DNA of 64,000 nucleotides from NCBI GenBank assembly GCA_963830915.1, contig CAWHOE010000006.1:96001-160000 (forward strand). The letters are read 5' to 3'. The notes under the pieces were generated by a model, which did no database searches, was not told the origin of the DNA, and was given only the letters and a program-made list of their open reading frames with translations. Positions within the stretch are counted from its first letter, which is position 1. Every line of letters begins with the position of its first letter. Shown piece after piece: positions 32,477 to 42,666 of this stretch. The position numbers and the translations under genes are program-made. This DNA is from a candidate division FCPU426 bacterium. Its GTDB lineage: Bacteria; Oederibacteriota; Muellerivitia; Muellerivitales; Muellerivitaceae.

Positions 32477-32631
32477 GGAATTTTCCTTTCATTTGGGGTG
32501 GCCGGTTGTCCGGCCAGTGGCGCCCGAGGCGCTTCGAATATCTTGCGGTAAGCCGTCACCGCCAGGCCGAAGACCAGCAAGAAGAAGATGAAACCCAGGA
32601 CCTTTTTTTCCTGGGAGGTTAGCAGGATCAC
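32473..32631 (-). CDS. Small single-TM protein resembling a ComEA N-terminal anchor
   Basis: GTG start; LTSQEKKVLGFIFFLLVFGLAV; stop overlaps the GH2 start (GTGA). Confidence 0.5.
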   Translation of the reverse strand: MILLTSQEKKVLGFIFFLLVFGLAVTAYRKIFEAPRAPLAGQPATPNERKIP

Positions 32632-32829
32632 GGTCGGCCTTTTCCATGATAAGGTTCGGCTTTCCAATGACTCGGAAAGCCTCTGGAAGCCGCTCATTAT
32701 ATCGAAAAGAAGGGTGGATTGAGGCGTTTCTTGGCCTCTTGTCCAGAAGGATAAAAAGGGTTTTAATGGGCAACTCGAACGGCCCGATCCGACCGTCTAT
32801 ATAAGGAGCTTTCTATTCCTGGGAAACCC

Positions 32830-33420
32830 ATGACTGACCAAGAGATCATCCAACAAATCCTATCGGGCCAGACCGAGGCCTATGGCGAATTGATACGCCA
32901 GTATAATAAGAAGGTCGTGGGCTATTGCTTGTCCATGCTCTCCAACCAAACGGAGGCCCAGGAAGCGGCCCAGGATATCTTCGTGAAGGCGTACCATTCC
33001 CTGCGTAAATTCAAAGGAAACTCCTCCTTTTCCACTTGGCTCTACCGAATCACCACCAACCATTGCCTGGATATCCTGCGCAAGCGGACTAGACGCAAAA
33101 CCGTCTCCCTGGACGCCCTGGTGGAAGCGGAGGGGGACCATATCGAAAGGTTGTTCGCGGTCGAATCCACCGCCGCCTCTCCCCTGGAGAACCGGGACCT
33201 GATCCAAAAGATCCTGGCCACTTTGCCCGAGGATTACCGGACCATCCTGACCCTCCGGGAAGCCGATGGTCTGGAATACCAGGAAATCGCCGATGTTATG
33301 GACTGTTCCCTGGACGCGGTGAAGGGTCGTTTGTCGAGGGCCCGGAAGCAATTACAGGAACATTTACGGCACTTTCTTAAAAGAACTGACGTCTATACTA
33401 TCGAAGGAGAAAAACCATGA
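32830..33420 (+). CDS. ECF RNA polymerase sigma-70 factor
   Basis: AQEAAQDIFVKAY, SSFSTWLYRITTN, LEYQEIADVM...VKGRLSRAR. Confidence 0.96.
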   Translation: MTDQEIIQQILSGQTEAYGELIRQYNKKVVGYCLSMLSNQTEAQEAAQDIFVKAYHSLRKFKGNSSFSTWLYRITTNHCLDILRKRTRRKTVSLDALVEAEGDHIERLFAVESTAASPLENRDLIQKILATLPEDYRTILTLREADGLEYQEIADVMDCSLDAVKGRLSRARKQLQEHLRHFLKRTDVYTIEGEKP

Positions 33421-33881
33421 GGCATGAGGAAATAAAGGAAAAGCTCTTCGCCCTTTACGACGGCCCCTTGACCGAAAAGGAAAGGGTCCTGTTAGAGGGT
33501 CATTTACCCGTTTGCGCCGAATGCCGTCAGTCCATCGGCGAATGGAAGACCCTGTCCCGAACCCTTTTCGCCCGGCCCACTCCCTCGGAAGCCTCAGAAG
33601 ACATCTTCGTCTCGAGGATCATAGCCCGCTTGGAACCCTCCCCGGCGGGCTTCATGGTCCCTTTCTGGGAAAAACCCCTGGGTTGGTTGGTGCCTCTCGT
33701 GGGCTCGGCCGCCATAGCGGCTTGGGTTTTCTTCTCGGTCCTGCCGAGCATGAACGGACTTTCGTCCTCCCCCACCATCGAGACGGCTTTCTCGTCCGAC
33801 ACCTCTTATTCTTCTTCCTCGACCGAAAGCGGGGTCATGTTCGCTTCCTATTCACCTTCCACTTACGACATCGCGCCCTAA
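33417..33881 (+). CDS. Anti-sigma factor (zf-HC2 domain plus TM helix)
   Basis: HLPVCAEC HxxxCxxC motif, one TM helix, overlaps the sigma stop. Confidence 0.9.
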   Translation: MRHEEIKEKLFALYDGPLTEKERVLLEGHLPVCAECRQSIGEWKTLSRTLFARPTPSEASEDIFVSRIIARLEPSPAGFMVPFWEKPLGWLVPLVGSAAIAAWVFFSVLPSMNGLSSSPTIETAFSSDTSYSSSSTESGVMFASYSPSTYDIAP

Positions 33882-33893
33882 AGGAGACAGAAA

Positions 33894-34316
33894 ATGAAGC
33901 CCTGGCTTAAGACAACTTTTATTTTTCTCATCGGTTTTTTCCTGGGGGTGGCCGCCACCGGGCTGATCTTCCCCCGCGTTTTCCATCCCCATCATCCGCC
34001 GGGAGCGGCTGACGCCGACCGCATCCTGAAGCGCCTCAGTTCCGAGCTGGGGTTGACCGCCGACCAAAAGGAAAAGGTCTCCGCTCTCTTGAAACAAGAA
34101 CTCCCCAAGGCGGATGCCTTGCGGGCTGACGGAGACGCCAAGTTCAAGGCCCTGCGGGAATCCTTCAACACCCAGTTGCGCGCCATCCTTAATCCGGAAC
34201 AGATCAAGAAACATGACGCCCTCATGGCCAAGTGGGCCAAACGGGACAAGGAGCCGAACTGCGGCCCTGTTCTGATGGGCACTCCCGATCCCGTGAAAAC
34301 GGTCACCGAAAAGTAA
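33894..34316 (+). CDS. Periplasmic Spy/CpxP-like (heavy-metal sensor type) protein
   Basis: N-terminal anchor, His-rich HPHHP, LGLTADQKEK and ILNPEQ LTxxQ-like motifs. Confidence 0.8.
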   Translation: MKPWLKTTFIFLIGFFLGVAATGLIFPRVFHPHHPPGAADADRILKRLSSELGLTADQKEKVSALLKQELPKADALRADGDAKFKALRESFNTQLRAILNPEQIKKHDALMAKWAKRDKEPNCGPVLMGTPDPVKTVTEK

Positions 34317-34342
34317 CTCGACAATCTCTCATTTAACGATTC

Positions 34343-34377
34343 AAGGCTTTAGGACTCAAGCTCTTAAAGCCTTTTTG
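34343..34377 (+). terminator. Intrinsic terminator after the ECF operon
   Basis: aaggctttagga...tcttaaagccttttt. Confidence 0.6.
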
Positions 34378-34494
34378 TATAGTGAGGTTTTTACATCGGT
34401 CAGGATTGAATCCGATCCAACAATGACCATAATGTCTTTGAATTATTAGCCGTTGGGCATGAACTTACTTTCTTTTTATTAAGGAGATACTCAT

Positions 34495-35865
34495 TTGACT
34501 CGCCATTCCATTTTCCCGATCTTCTCCGCCGGACTTTTGGTCGTCATTCTCTCGGGTTGCGCCGAAGCCCCAGTCAAAGTGGGCGAAGGTAAGATCGAGC
34601 CGACCTTGCGTCAGGTGACAGGCTTGTCGGAGAACGCGGCCGATGCCGCGGCCCAGAAAGCCCAGATGAACTTATGGGATGTATACGCCTTGGCGGTCAA
34701 ACGCACTGAGACCCTTGCATCCGGCGCGGAGAACGTGGAACAGGCCAAGGCCCAGAACCGACAAGCAATCGGAGCCTGGCTTCCCCAGATCTATTTGAGC
34801 GACACCTTTTCCAGGCAATCCAGCGACTATATCGTAGGCGCTCCCTTGACCACTCCTCCTCTCGATAATTCCTTGTCTCTCTCGGGGGCGGAAACGCTCC
34901 TGGGGGGACTGAATCAGGTAGCCGCGATACAAGGAGCGGGAGCCAATATCGACCTCCAGAACTACAACCTTCAAAACCAGTCCCGACTGCTCTTACTCAA
35001 CACCGCCAACGCTTTTTACAACGTTTTGGCCCTGGAAGAGTCGGTGCAGGCCCTGCAGGCCTCCCAGGAACTGAACGAGAAAACCCTCGAGGTTGAAAAA
35101 CAATGGCAGAGGATGGGTCGCTCCCGCACCGCGGATGTTTCTAACACCCAGGCCCAGCTGATGCAGATCCTGGCCGACCTGGAAAGCGATAAGAACCAGC
35201 TGGTCCAGGCGAGGGAAACCCTGGCCACCCTGGCCAATATCAAACCGGACCAGGCCCTGGTCTCGGAGGAATCCTACGCCACCCCCACCTTCTCCCAGGA
35301 TCAGGCCGAATCCAAGGTCGAGGAAAGACCCGACGTGAAAGCGGCCATCTCCAATGTGGCTCTCGCTGACGCTTCCCTTTTACAAGCCCACGGAGAACAC
35401 CTACCGACCCTGGCGGTTCAAGGAACCTATTACCTTCAACGAGACGGAGGTAGCTCGACCCCTGACTGGAACGCCCAACTGGTGGCTTCTCTCCCCCTCT
35501 TTGAGGGCGGTCAGATCATCGCCCAGGAGGACCAGGCTGCCTCCAAAAAACGGCAAGCGGAGATGCAGTTGTCCCTGACCCACCGGTCCGCCCTGGACGA
35601 CATCCGGGAAGCCTACAAAAGCTTGTTGGAATCCATGGGCGAAACGGACGCTTATCAGAAGGCGGAGCAAGCCTATGAGCAGGCTTATCAGGACGTCATG
35701 CATGACTACAAACTGAACCTGACCACCAACCTGGAGTTGTTGCAGACCATGACGTCGCTGGAGAACACGAAGATCAGTTATATCAAGGCCAAGTACCAAA
35801 CCCTATACGATCAGGTTTGGCTGGGCGTGGCCACGGGCGCTTTGCCCAAAACGGTTGAAAAATAA
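34495..35865 (+). CDS. TolC-family outer-membrane efflux lipoprotein
   Basis: Lipobox LSG-C; two OEP repeats (WLPQIYL, RPDVKAA, LPLFEGG). Confidence 0.92.
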   Translation: MTRHSIFPIFSAGLLVVILSGCAEAPVKVGEGKIEPTLRQVTGLSENAADAAAQKAQMNLWDVYALAVKRTETLASGAENVEQAKAQNRQAIGAWLPQIYLSDTFSRQSSDYIVGAPLTTPPLDNSLSLSGAETLLGGLNQVAAIQGAGANIDLQNYNLQNQSRLLLLNTANAFYNVLALEESVQALQASQELNEKTLEVEKQWQRMGRSRTADVSNTQAQLMQILADLESDKNQLVQARETLATLANIKPDQALVSEESYATPTFSQDQAESKVEERPDVKAAISNVALADASLLQAHGEHLPTLAVQGTYYLQRDGGSSTPDWNAQLVASLPLFEGGQIIAQEDQAASKKRQAEMQLSLTHRSALDDIREAYKSLLESMGETDAYQKAEQAYEQAYQDVMHDYKLNLTTNLELLQTMTSLENTKISYIKAKYQTLYDQVWLGVATGALPKTVEK

Positions 35866-35970
35866 TTTTGAGTTCTAAGTGTTAAGTTTTGAGTTAATGA
35901 ATTTTTCCAAGGAATTGGTTTTTGGAAATTTCGTCGCAACTCAAAACTAAGAACTCATAACTCAGAACTG
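35866..35970. repeat. Inverted heptamer-repeat element
   Basis: ttttgagttctaagtgttaagttttgagtt ... aactcaaaactaagaactcataactcagaact. Confidence 0.65.
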
Positions 35971-35979
35971 GAGTTGAAA

Positions 35980-38900
35980 ATGACTTTATCCGACATCTCC
36001 ATACGCAACCCGGTGTTCGCCTGGATGCTCATGGCGGCCTTCATCATCTTCGGGCTCATCTGCTGGGCCAGGATGGGCGTTTCGAACCTTCCGGACGTGG
36101 ACTTCCCGGTCGTGAACGTTTCCATCACCCTGCCGAACGCTTCCCCCGAGGTCGTGGAATCGGACGTGGCCGACCCGGTCGAGCAGGCCGTTTTGGGCGC
36201 CCAGGGCGTCATCGATGTGCAGACCACCTGCACCCAGGGCAACGCCAATATCACTGTTTTCCTGGATCTGACCCGCAATGTGGACGCGGCGGTCCAGGAC
36301 GTCCAGACCCTGGTCTTCCAGGCCGAGAAACAACTGCCCACCAATATCTTCCCGCCTGTCATCCGCAAGCAGAACCCCAACGCCTCGCCCATCCTATGGC
36401 TGGCGGTCACGGCCGACCCGCCCCTGACCCTGCGCGACATGATGCTTTATTCCCGCGACCACATCCAGGACAAGTTCACCAGCCTCAACGGCGTTGCCAA
36501 TGTCTTTTTGGGCGGCTTCCTGAATCGTGAGATCAACCTTTGGATCGACAACAACAAGCTCAATGCCCGGCAATTGACGGCCAGCGACATCATCAACACC
36601 ATCCTGCACCAGCATCAGGAAACACCGGCCGGCGCCATGGAAACCTCCAATACCCAGTACGACATCCGGGTCATGGGCGAGGCTTATACCGTCCCTGATT
36701 TCGCCAATCTGCCCATCCTTACTCGCGGCGGTTCGCCTAATTACACCCTCACTCGCTTGAAGGACGTCGCCACCATCGAGGACGGGGTTGTGACCCCCAT
36801 CACCCGCCTTTCCCGTTTCGACAGCGTACCTGCCGTGGGATTAGGCATCGTCATGCAGGACGGTTTCAACGCCGTGGATGTAGGCAACGCGGCAAAGGCC
36901 CGCATGGAAGAAGTCAAGAAACTATTGCCCAAGGGTTACCATATTTCCCTCAATTTCGACACCACCAAGTTCATTCTGGATAACGTTCACGAATTGGAAT
37001 TGACCATCCTTCTGGCCACCTTCCTGACCGCCGGGGTCTGCTTTCTCTTCCTGGGTAGCTTCTCCTCCACCGTGAACATCTTCCTGGCCATCCCCACGTC
37101 CCTTTTCGGCACCTTCATGGTCATCAGTTTCTTCGGTTTCAACCTGAACACCTTCACGCTCATGGCCCTTTCCTTATCGATCGGTGTGGTGGTCGATGAC
37201 GCCATCATGGTGCTGGAAAATATCGTCCGACATCAGGAAAGGGGCGAGGACCAGGTCGAGGCCGCCCTGATAGGGGCCCGGGAGATCACCTTCGCCGCCA
37301 TGGCCACCTCCATCGCCATCGTGGCCATCTTTCTTCCCATCGCTTTCATGCAAGGCATCATCGGGAAGTTCTTTTTCCAGTTCGGGGTCACCCTCTCGGG
37401 CGCGGTCCTGATCTCCCTCTTGGAAGCCATCACCTTGACCCCCATGCGTTGTTCCGAATTCGTGCACGCCGCCGACGAACATGGCCGTTTCAACCAGTTT
37501 GTGAATGGTCAATTCGCTATGATCACCAAAGCCTATACGAACACACTGAAATGGAGCCTGGACCACCGCTGGACGGTCGTGTTGGTATCCGGCGCGATCT
37601 TTATTTCTTCCTTCGGCATGCTGAAACTCATCAAGATGGATTTCAACCCAGCGACCGACCAGAGCGCTTTCATTGTCAACATGAAATTGCCGGTCGATTA
37701 CTCCCTGGAACGCACCGACCAGATCGTCCGCCAATGCGAGGACATCCTCAAGCAAAAGGGCGAGGTCAAGCATCTTTACTCAGCCATCGGGGGATTCGGC
37801 GGCACCACCCCCAACCAGGGCATCTTCTTCCTGACCATGAAGGACCCGGCGGACCGTCCCAAGGCGGACCTTGCGGATAAATTCGCTCCCGTAGGCCCCC
37901 TTGGCTTCATCACCAAGATCTGGCGCAAGACCACGCCTCAGGTGCTGACCGAGTTCGAGTTCATGGCCGTGGTTCGGAAGGCCCTCTCCAAGGTTTCCCC
38001 CGACCTTCAGGTTTTCTGCTTGGACCTGTCCCAAAGGGGTATGTCCACCGGCAAAGGTTACGCGGTGGAATTGATGGTCACGGGACCCGATTGGGACACC
38101 TTGGCTGATTGTGTGGTGAAGATACGCAAGGCCTTTCGGGCCAGTCCCAAACTGGCCAACGTGGACGATAACTTCCTGGATGGTCAGCCTGAGATCCGGG
38201 TCATCCCGGACCGGGTCAAGGCGGCCCAAATGGGCGTCAATATGGACGACCTGGGCAACGTCATCGGGGCCACCATCGGCGGTTATCAGTTCCAGGGGAC
38301 CTATTTCCATGAGGGCGGCCATGACAACCCCATCGCCATCCGGGTACCCATCGATCAGCGCAAAGGCATCAACTCGATCAACAGCATTTATGTGCGCAAC
38401 AACCGCGGTGAGGTGTTACCCATATCCGCCGTCGCCAAGCTGACCCAGGTGCCTTCCTACCAACAGATCTTCCGGGACAACCGACAACGGGCGGTCTACT
38501 TCACCGCCGGGGCCGGTACAGGAACTTCCCAACAGGAAGCGGTCCAGGAGGCGGTCAACATATGCAAGAGCATCCTTCCCCAGGGTTATAACGTCCAATT
38601 GACCGGCTCGGCCCAGGCCAACGCCGACTCCATGAAACAGTTGATGTTCGTTATGTTCATGGGGATCCTGGTGGCCTACATGGTCCTGGCCAGCCAGTTC
38701 AATAGCTTCCTCCACCCCATCATCATCCTGATGGCCCTGCCCTTCTCGGTGACCGGCGCCTTCTTCTCGCTGTGGTTCTTCGGCCAAAGCTTGGGGATCT
38801 ACAGCATCATCGGTATCATCCTGTTGATGGGACTGGTGAAGAAGAATTCCATCATGCTGGTGGACTTCACCAATCAGCGCCGCCGTAAAGGGATGAACGT

Positions 38901-39207
38901 GCATGATGCCCTGATGGACGCCTGCCCGGTGCGTTTGAGGCCTATCCTGATGACTTCCTCGGCGACGGTCGCGGGGGCCTTGCCAGCCGCCCTGGCCTGG
39001 GGGCCTGGCGCCGAACTCCGGCAGCCCATGTCGCTGGCCATCATCGGGGGTATCATTTTCTCGACGATGTTGACCCTGGTCGTGGTGCCCTGCGCCTACA
39101 GCCTTATGTCGAATCTGGAACGCCGCAAGGCCCATCACGCGGCGGGCATCGGCCAAGGCCATCATGCCCCGCACCCCAAGTCGGCCAGGCCGGCTAAAAA
39201 GAAATAA
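35980..39207 (+). CDS. RND efflux permease (HAE1/AcrB family)
   Basis: SIRNPVFA, PDVDFPVV, VVDDAIMVLEN, LVKKNSIMLVD, RLRPILMT. Confidence 0.96.
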   Translation: MTLSDISIRNPVFAWMLMAAFIIFGLICWARMGVSNLPDVDFPVVNVSITLPNASPEVVESDVADPVEQAVLGAQGVIDVQTTCTQGNANITVFLDLTRNVDAAVQDVQTLVFQAEKQLPTNIFPPVIRKQNPNASPILWLAVTADPPLTLRDMMLYSRDHIQDKFTSLNGVANVFLGGFLNREINLWIDNNKLNARQLTASDIINTILHQHQETPAGAMETSNTQYDIRVMGEAYTVPDFANLPILTRGGSPNYTLTRLKDVATIEDGVVTPITRLSRFDSVPAVGLGIVMQDGFNAVDVGNAAKARMEEVKKLLPKGYHISLNFDTTKFILDNVHELELTILLATFLTAGVCFLFLGSFSSTVNIFLAIPTSLFGTFMVISFFGFNLNTFTLMALSLSIGVVVDDAIMVLENIVRHQERGEDQVEAALIGAREITFAAMATSIAIVAIFLPIAFMQGIIGKFFFQFGVTLSGAVLISLLEAITLTPMRCSEFVHAADEHGRFNQFVNGQFAMITKAYTNTLKWSLDHRWTVVLVSGAIFISSFGMLKLIKMDFNPATDQSAFIVNMKLPVDYSLERTDQIVRQCEDILKQKGEVKHLYSAIGGFGGTTPNQGIFFLTMKDPADRPKADLADKFAPVGPLGFITKIWRKTTPQVLTEFEFMAVVRKALSKVSPDLQVFCLDLSQRGMSTGKGYAVELMVTGPDWDTLADCVVKIRKAFRASPKLANVDDNFLDGQPEIRVIPDRVKAAQMGVNMDDLGNVIGATIGGYQFQGTYFHEGGHDNPIAIRVPIDQRKGINSINSIYVRNNRGEVLPISAVAKLTQVPSYQQIFRDNRQRAVYFTAGAGTGTSQQEAVQEAVNICKSILPQGYNVQLTGSAQANADSMKQLMFVMFMGILVAYMVLASQFNSFLHPIIILMALPFSVTGAFFSLWFFGQSLGIYSIIGIILLMGLVKKNSIMLVDFTNQRRRKGMNVHDALMDACPVRLRPILMTSSATVAGALPAALAWGPGAELRQPMSLAIIGGIIFSTMLTLVVVPCAYSLMSNLERRKAHHAAGIGQGHHAPHPKSARPAKKK

Positions 39208-39215
39208 ACGTTCAA

Positions 39216-39258
39216 TAAAAAAAGGCCCTGTCCCTGAAGAGGAGCGGGGCCTTTTTTA
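39216..39258. terminator. Bidirectional intrinsic terminator
   Basis: aaaaaaaggccc...ggggccttttt between convergent genes. Confidence 0.75.
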
Positions 39259-39291
39259 TTTGCGCGCTATTTCCAGCAAAGAGTTCTTTTT

Positions 39292-40281
39292 TTATTCCTT
39301 CTTGTGGTTTTTCTTCTCCAGGATAAGGTTCAAATATTCCTCCCCGTTCGCTTTGTTGTGGTCCATTGTCCAATCATCGCAGTATTTGCAGGCGAGGGTT
39401 TCCAACCCTACCTTGGCCAACGATCGCTTGTATCCATCGGCCTTGTCCTTCAAACCCAAGCGGACGCTTATGTCGTAACAATTAGCCAGAGCGCAAAAAT
39501 CACCCGGATGGGACCCCTGGTATCCCTCGAAGAAAGCCAGTGACTGGGTAAGTTGGGTGTCGGTGGAATGAGCCATGTCACAAGCCTGGACATGATCCAG
39601 AAAGTCGTCGTTTTGCTCGACGAACCCCTTCCCATTCCATTCATAGGGCCGGCCGTAATAGATGCCGCATTCATCGCAATCGCTCACCAGGGCCCGTTGA
39701 TAATCCACGATATGGACCTTGCCCCCTTGTTGGGCCACCCTGGGTCCCAATCCATAACCCACGATGGTGGTCATCTTGGAGAAAACCCCGTTCTTTTGAA
39801 GGACATAAATGGACGTCATTTGTTTGTCGCCCGTGGATGAATAAAGGGCCAGTTGGTCCACTTTCGCTCCCGTGAGATCCGTCCCTTCGAAACCCTCGTA
39901 CTTCTTCCCTTCCACGACCTCCACTTGGATGAGCTTCCATTCTTCCTTATCCAGATGGAAATAAGCGAAACCGGCGCCAGCGTCCTCCACCAGCTGTTTC
40001 TCGTTGTTGTAGACCAAACCCTTGTCCCGGTAACCGGACAACCCGACGATGACATCGGTCTGGGGAATCCCGGTAAAATCATGATAGGCGATGCCTGAGA
40101 CGTTCCAGAAGAATTCCCGGTCCTTGGGATATTTTCGGTTAAGTTCGTCGATCATCTTGGAAAGGCTTATCTTCCCCTGGGCCACCAGGTTGGCCGCTGT
40201 GTCGTCCACCGCCCGCGCGGGACTGGTTCCCAACCCCAAGAGGATCATCAAGGCGGCAAGAATAAGACTGACTCGTTTCAT
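39292..40281 (-). CDS. Hypothetical secreted protein with CxxC motifs
   Basis: Start at MKRVSLILAAL..ARA signal peptide; CDEC and CKYC motifs. Confidence 0.75.
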   Translation of the reverse strand: MKRVSLILAALMILLGLGTSPARAVDDTAANLVAQGKISLSKMIDELNRKYPKDREFFWNVSGIAYHDFTGIPQTDVIVGLSGYRDKGLVYNNEKQLVEDAGAGFAYFHLDKEEWKLIQVEVVEGKKYEGFEGTDLTGAKVDQLALYSSTGDKQMTSIYVLQKNGVFSKMTTIVGYGLGPRVAQQGGKVHIVDYQRALVSDCDECGIYYGRPYEWNGKGFVEQNDDFLDHVQACDMAHSTDTQLTQSLAFFEGYQGSHPGDFCALANCYDISVRLGLKDKADGYKRSLAKVGLETLACKYCDDWTMDHNKANGEEYLNLILEKKNHKKE

Positions 40282-40460
40282 GAACGCTCCTAAAAGTTGG
40301 TTGGCGACAAACGGGATGATATTTAGACGCTTCAAGAACGGGAATGGGCCATTCCTTGGGGCAAAAAGGCACACGACCCTTGCTGGCTTTTCATGTCCAT
40401 TTCCCCTACCCACAGGGTAATATAAATACATTCTTTTTCCAACTTGATGGGAGGGAACCG

Positions 40461-41999
40461 CTGAACACTCGCACCCTGACCGCCATCCGGAGCCGTTATC
40501 CCCTGGCGCTTTTCCTTTTCCTTTACTTTTTGTTCGCCATCCTGACCTATCAGGATTATGGGTCGACCTTCGACGAGTCAGGGGTCTATACGAGGGGAGT
40601 CCTGCTGTTCCATTCCCTCACCCACGCCGATTGGACCAGGCTGGACCACAAGACCGTCCCGGACGATGGCCTGGTGGTTTATGACCATCTCTACAGTTGC
40701 CTGCTCTATTGTCTCAACTCTTCCTGCGACCTGGACCAATACCATCTGCTGAACCTTCTGTTCGGGGCACTGGTCTTCATCGCCATGTTCGAAGTGCTTT
40801 TATGGCGCTACCCAAAACCATGGCTTTGCCTATTGGGTCCCATCTTCCTCTTTTTCATCCCCCGTTTCATGGGCGACCTCCCGGCCAACCCTAAGGACAT
40901 GCCCTTCGCGGTCTTTTATTTCCTCGCCCTGGCCGCCATCCTTTACTACCACGGCCATCCCAAAACCTCCTGGTTCCGGCAAGGCCTGGTCCTGGGGTTA
41001 TTCTTCGGCCTAGCGGTCTGTTCCCGTCTATTAGGCCTTTCCTTGTTCCTGATCTACCCACTCTTCGTCCTGCATTTCTATTGGCATGGGGTCAAACACC
41101 GGGGCTTGAAAACTTTCAAACCTTTCGCCCAAAGGAACGGCATGATATGGTGCACGGCCTTGGCCGTGACGACCCTTCTAGTCCTGGCCACATGGCCCTA
41201 TTTGCGCGTCGACACCATCAGCCGTTTGACCGACCTATTGATCCTTTCCCGCCACTTTGCCTGGGTCAACCCGGTCCTTTTCATGGGGCGGGAGATCCTC
41301 AGCACCCAGCTTCCCTGGACCTATCTTTTCGTCTGGGTCCTGATCACCACTCCCCTTTTCATCCTGTCCTTCCTGGCCCTTTCCCTGACCCGCTTGCGGA
41401 AAACCTTCCAGAATCCCCTCTGGGTCCTCTTGGCCTCGACCCTGTCGATCCATTTCTTCCTTTACCTGACCCTTCGTCCAGTCCTTTACGACGGATTGAG
41501 GCACTATCTTTTCCTGCTCCCCATCCTGTCCGCCTGGGCCGCCATGACCGCCATCGAGTTCTTCACCGACAAGAAACCCCTCCTCCCCAAAAGAGTGGCG
41601 GGGGTTTTGGTGGCCTTGAACCTTTTATGGGTGATCGGCCAGATGGTCCTCCTCCATCCTTATGAATACATCTATTTCAATGAGACGGTGGGAGGCGTTA
41701 AGGGAACGGAAGGAAGGTTCGATAACGACTATTGGGGCGCCAGTTATAAGGAAGCCATGGTTTGGCTGAAGGGCAACGCTCCGACCGAAGGGACAGTGAA
41801 GGTCACCTGCAGCGGGAATCCTTACCAGTTGCTCGACTGCCTCGCGCCCAATATGAAATGGACCGACGAACTGAATGACGCCGACTACTACCTTTCCACG
41901 ACCAGGGACAATAAGGATAAATTGGCCGGTTCCGCCCCTGTGGTCCATGTGGTCCAACGGGAGGGCATTCCCCTTTGTTATGTGTTCAAGTTGAAATGA
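40461..41999 (+). CDS. GT-C fold membrane glycosyltransferase (PMT/ArnT-like); start uncertain
   Basis: DYGSTFDE, NPKDMPFA, YDGLRHYLF, HPYEYIYFNE, DYWGASYKE; many TM helices; in-frame CTG after GGAGGGA. Confidence 0.85.
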   Translation: MNTRTLTAIRSRYPLALFLFLYFLFAILTYQDYGSTFDESGVYTRGVLLFHSLTHADWTRLDHKTVPDDGLVVYDHLYSCLLYCLNSSCDLDQYHLLNLLFGALVFIAMFEVLLWRYPKPWLCLLGPIFLFFIPRFMGDLPANPKDMPFAVFYFLALAAILYYHGHPKTSWFRQGLVLGLFFGLAVCSRLLGLSLFLIYPLFVLHFYWHGVKHRGLKTFKPFAQRNGMIWCTALAVTTLLVLATWPYLRVDTISRLTDLLILSRHFAWVNPVLFMGREILSTQLPWTYLFVWVLITTPLFILSFLALSLTRLRKTFQNPLWVLLASTLSIHFFLYLTLRPVLYDGLRHYLFLLPILSAWAAMTAIEFFTDKKPLLPKRVAGVLVALNLLWVIGQMVLLHPYEYIYFNETVGGVKGTEGRFDNDYWGASYKEAMVWLKGNAPTEGTVKVTCSGNPYQLLDCLAPNMKWTDELNDADYYLSTTRDNKDKLAGSAPVVHVVQREGIPLCYVFKLK

Positions 42000-42018
42000 A
42001 AGGACCCGGAACCAAAGG

Positions 42019-42657
42019 ATGAAAGCCATCCACAAGAAACTGCCTGCTTCCGTGAAAAACCTGGAAAAACAAATGAGGTTCCTGGCGGAGATCGAAAAAC
42101 TTAAGATCATTTATCGCTGGAACAGCGTCCTGAATGGGACCCGCCGGGAAAACAGCGCCGAGCACTCCTGGCATCTGGCGGTGATGGCCATGCTCCTCCA
42201 GGAACATTCGGACTTGAAGAACATCCATGTCGCCAGGGTCATGAAGATGCTGCTCATTCACGACATCGTCGAGATCGACGCGGGCGACACTTTTCTTTAC
42301 AGCAAAAAGGGGAACACCGTGAAAGCGGGCAAGGAATCGGCCGCCGCCAAAAGGATATTCGGCCTGCTCCCGGCCAAGCAAAAGAAGGAATTCCTGGGAT
42401 TGTGGAAGGAGTTCGAGAAAAGGGAGACGCCCGACGCGCTCTTCGCGGCCGCGCTCGACGGGTTACAGCCTGTATTGAACCGTTATTTGACCGGACACAA
42501 ATGGAACAAGTTATCCAAGATCACGTCATCCCAGGTGCTGGAAAAAAAGGAATATATCGGCCAAACATCCAAGCGGTTGTGGGAATACACGAAGGACTTG
42601 ATCGCTCTCTCCGAAAAAGCCGGTTACTATATAAAACCCCGTAACCGGGACCGTTAA
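42019..42657 (+). CDS. HD-domain phosphohydrolase (YfbR/HDDC2-like)
   Basis: RRENSAEHSWH, LIHDIVEIDAGD, LWKEFE. Confidence 0.93.
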   Translation: MKAIHKKLPASVKNLEKQMRFLAEIEKLKIIYRWNSVLNGTRRENSAEHSWHLAVMAMLLQEHSDLKNIHVARVMKMLLIHDIVEIDAGDTFLYSKKGNTVKAGKESAAAKRIFGLLPAKQKKEFLGLWKEFEKRETPDALFAAALDGLQPVLNRYLTGHKWNKLSKITSSQVLEKKEYIGQTSKRLWEYTKDLIALSEKAGYYIKPRNRDR

Positions 42658-42666
42658 GCCGGGCTT

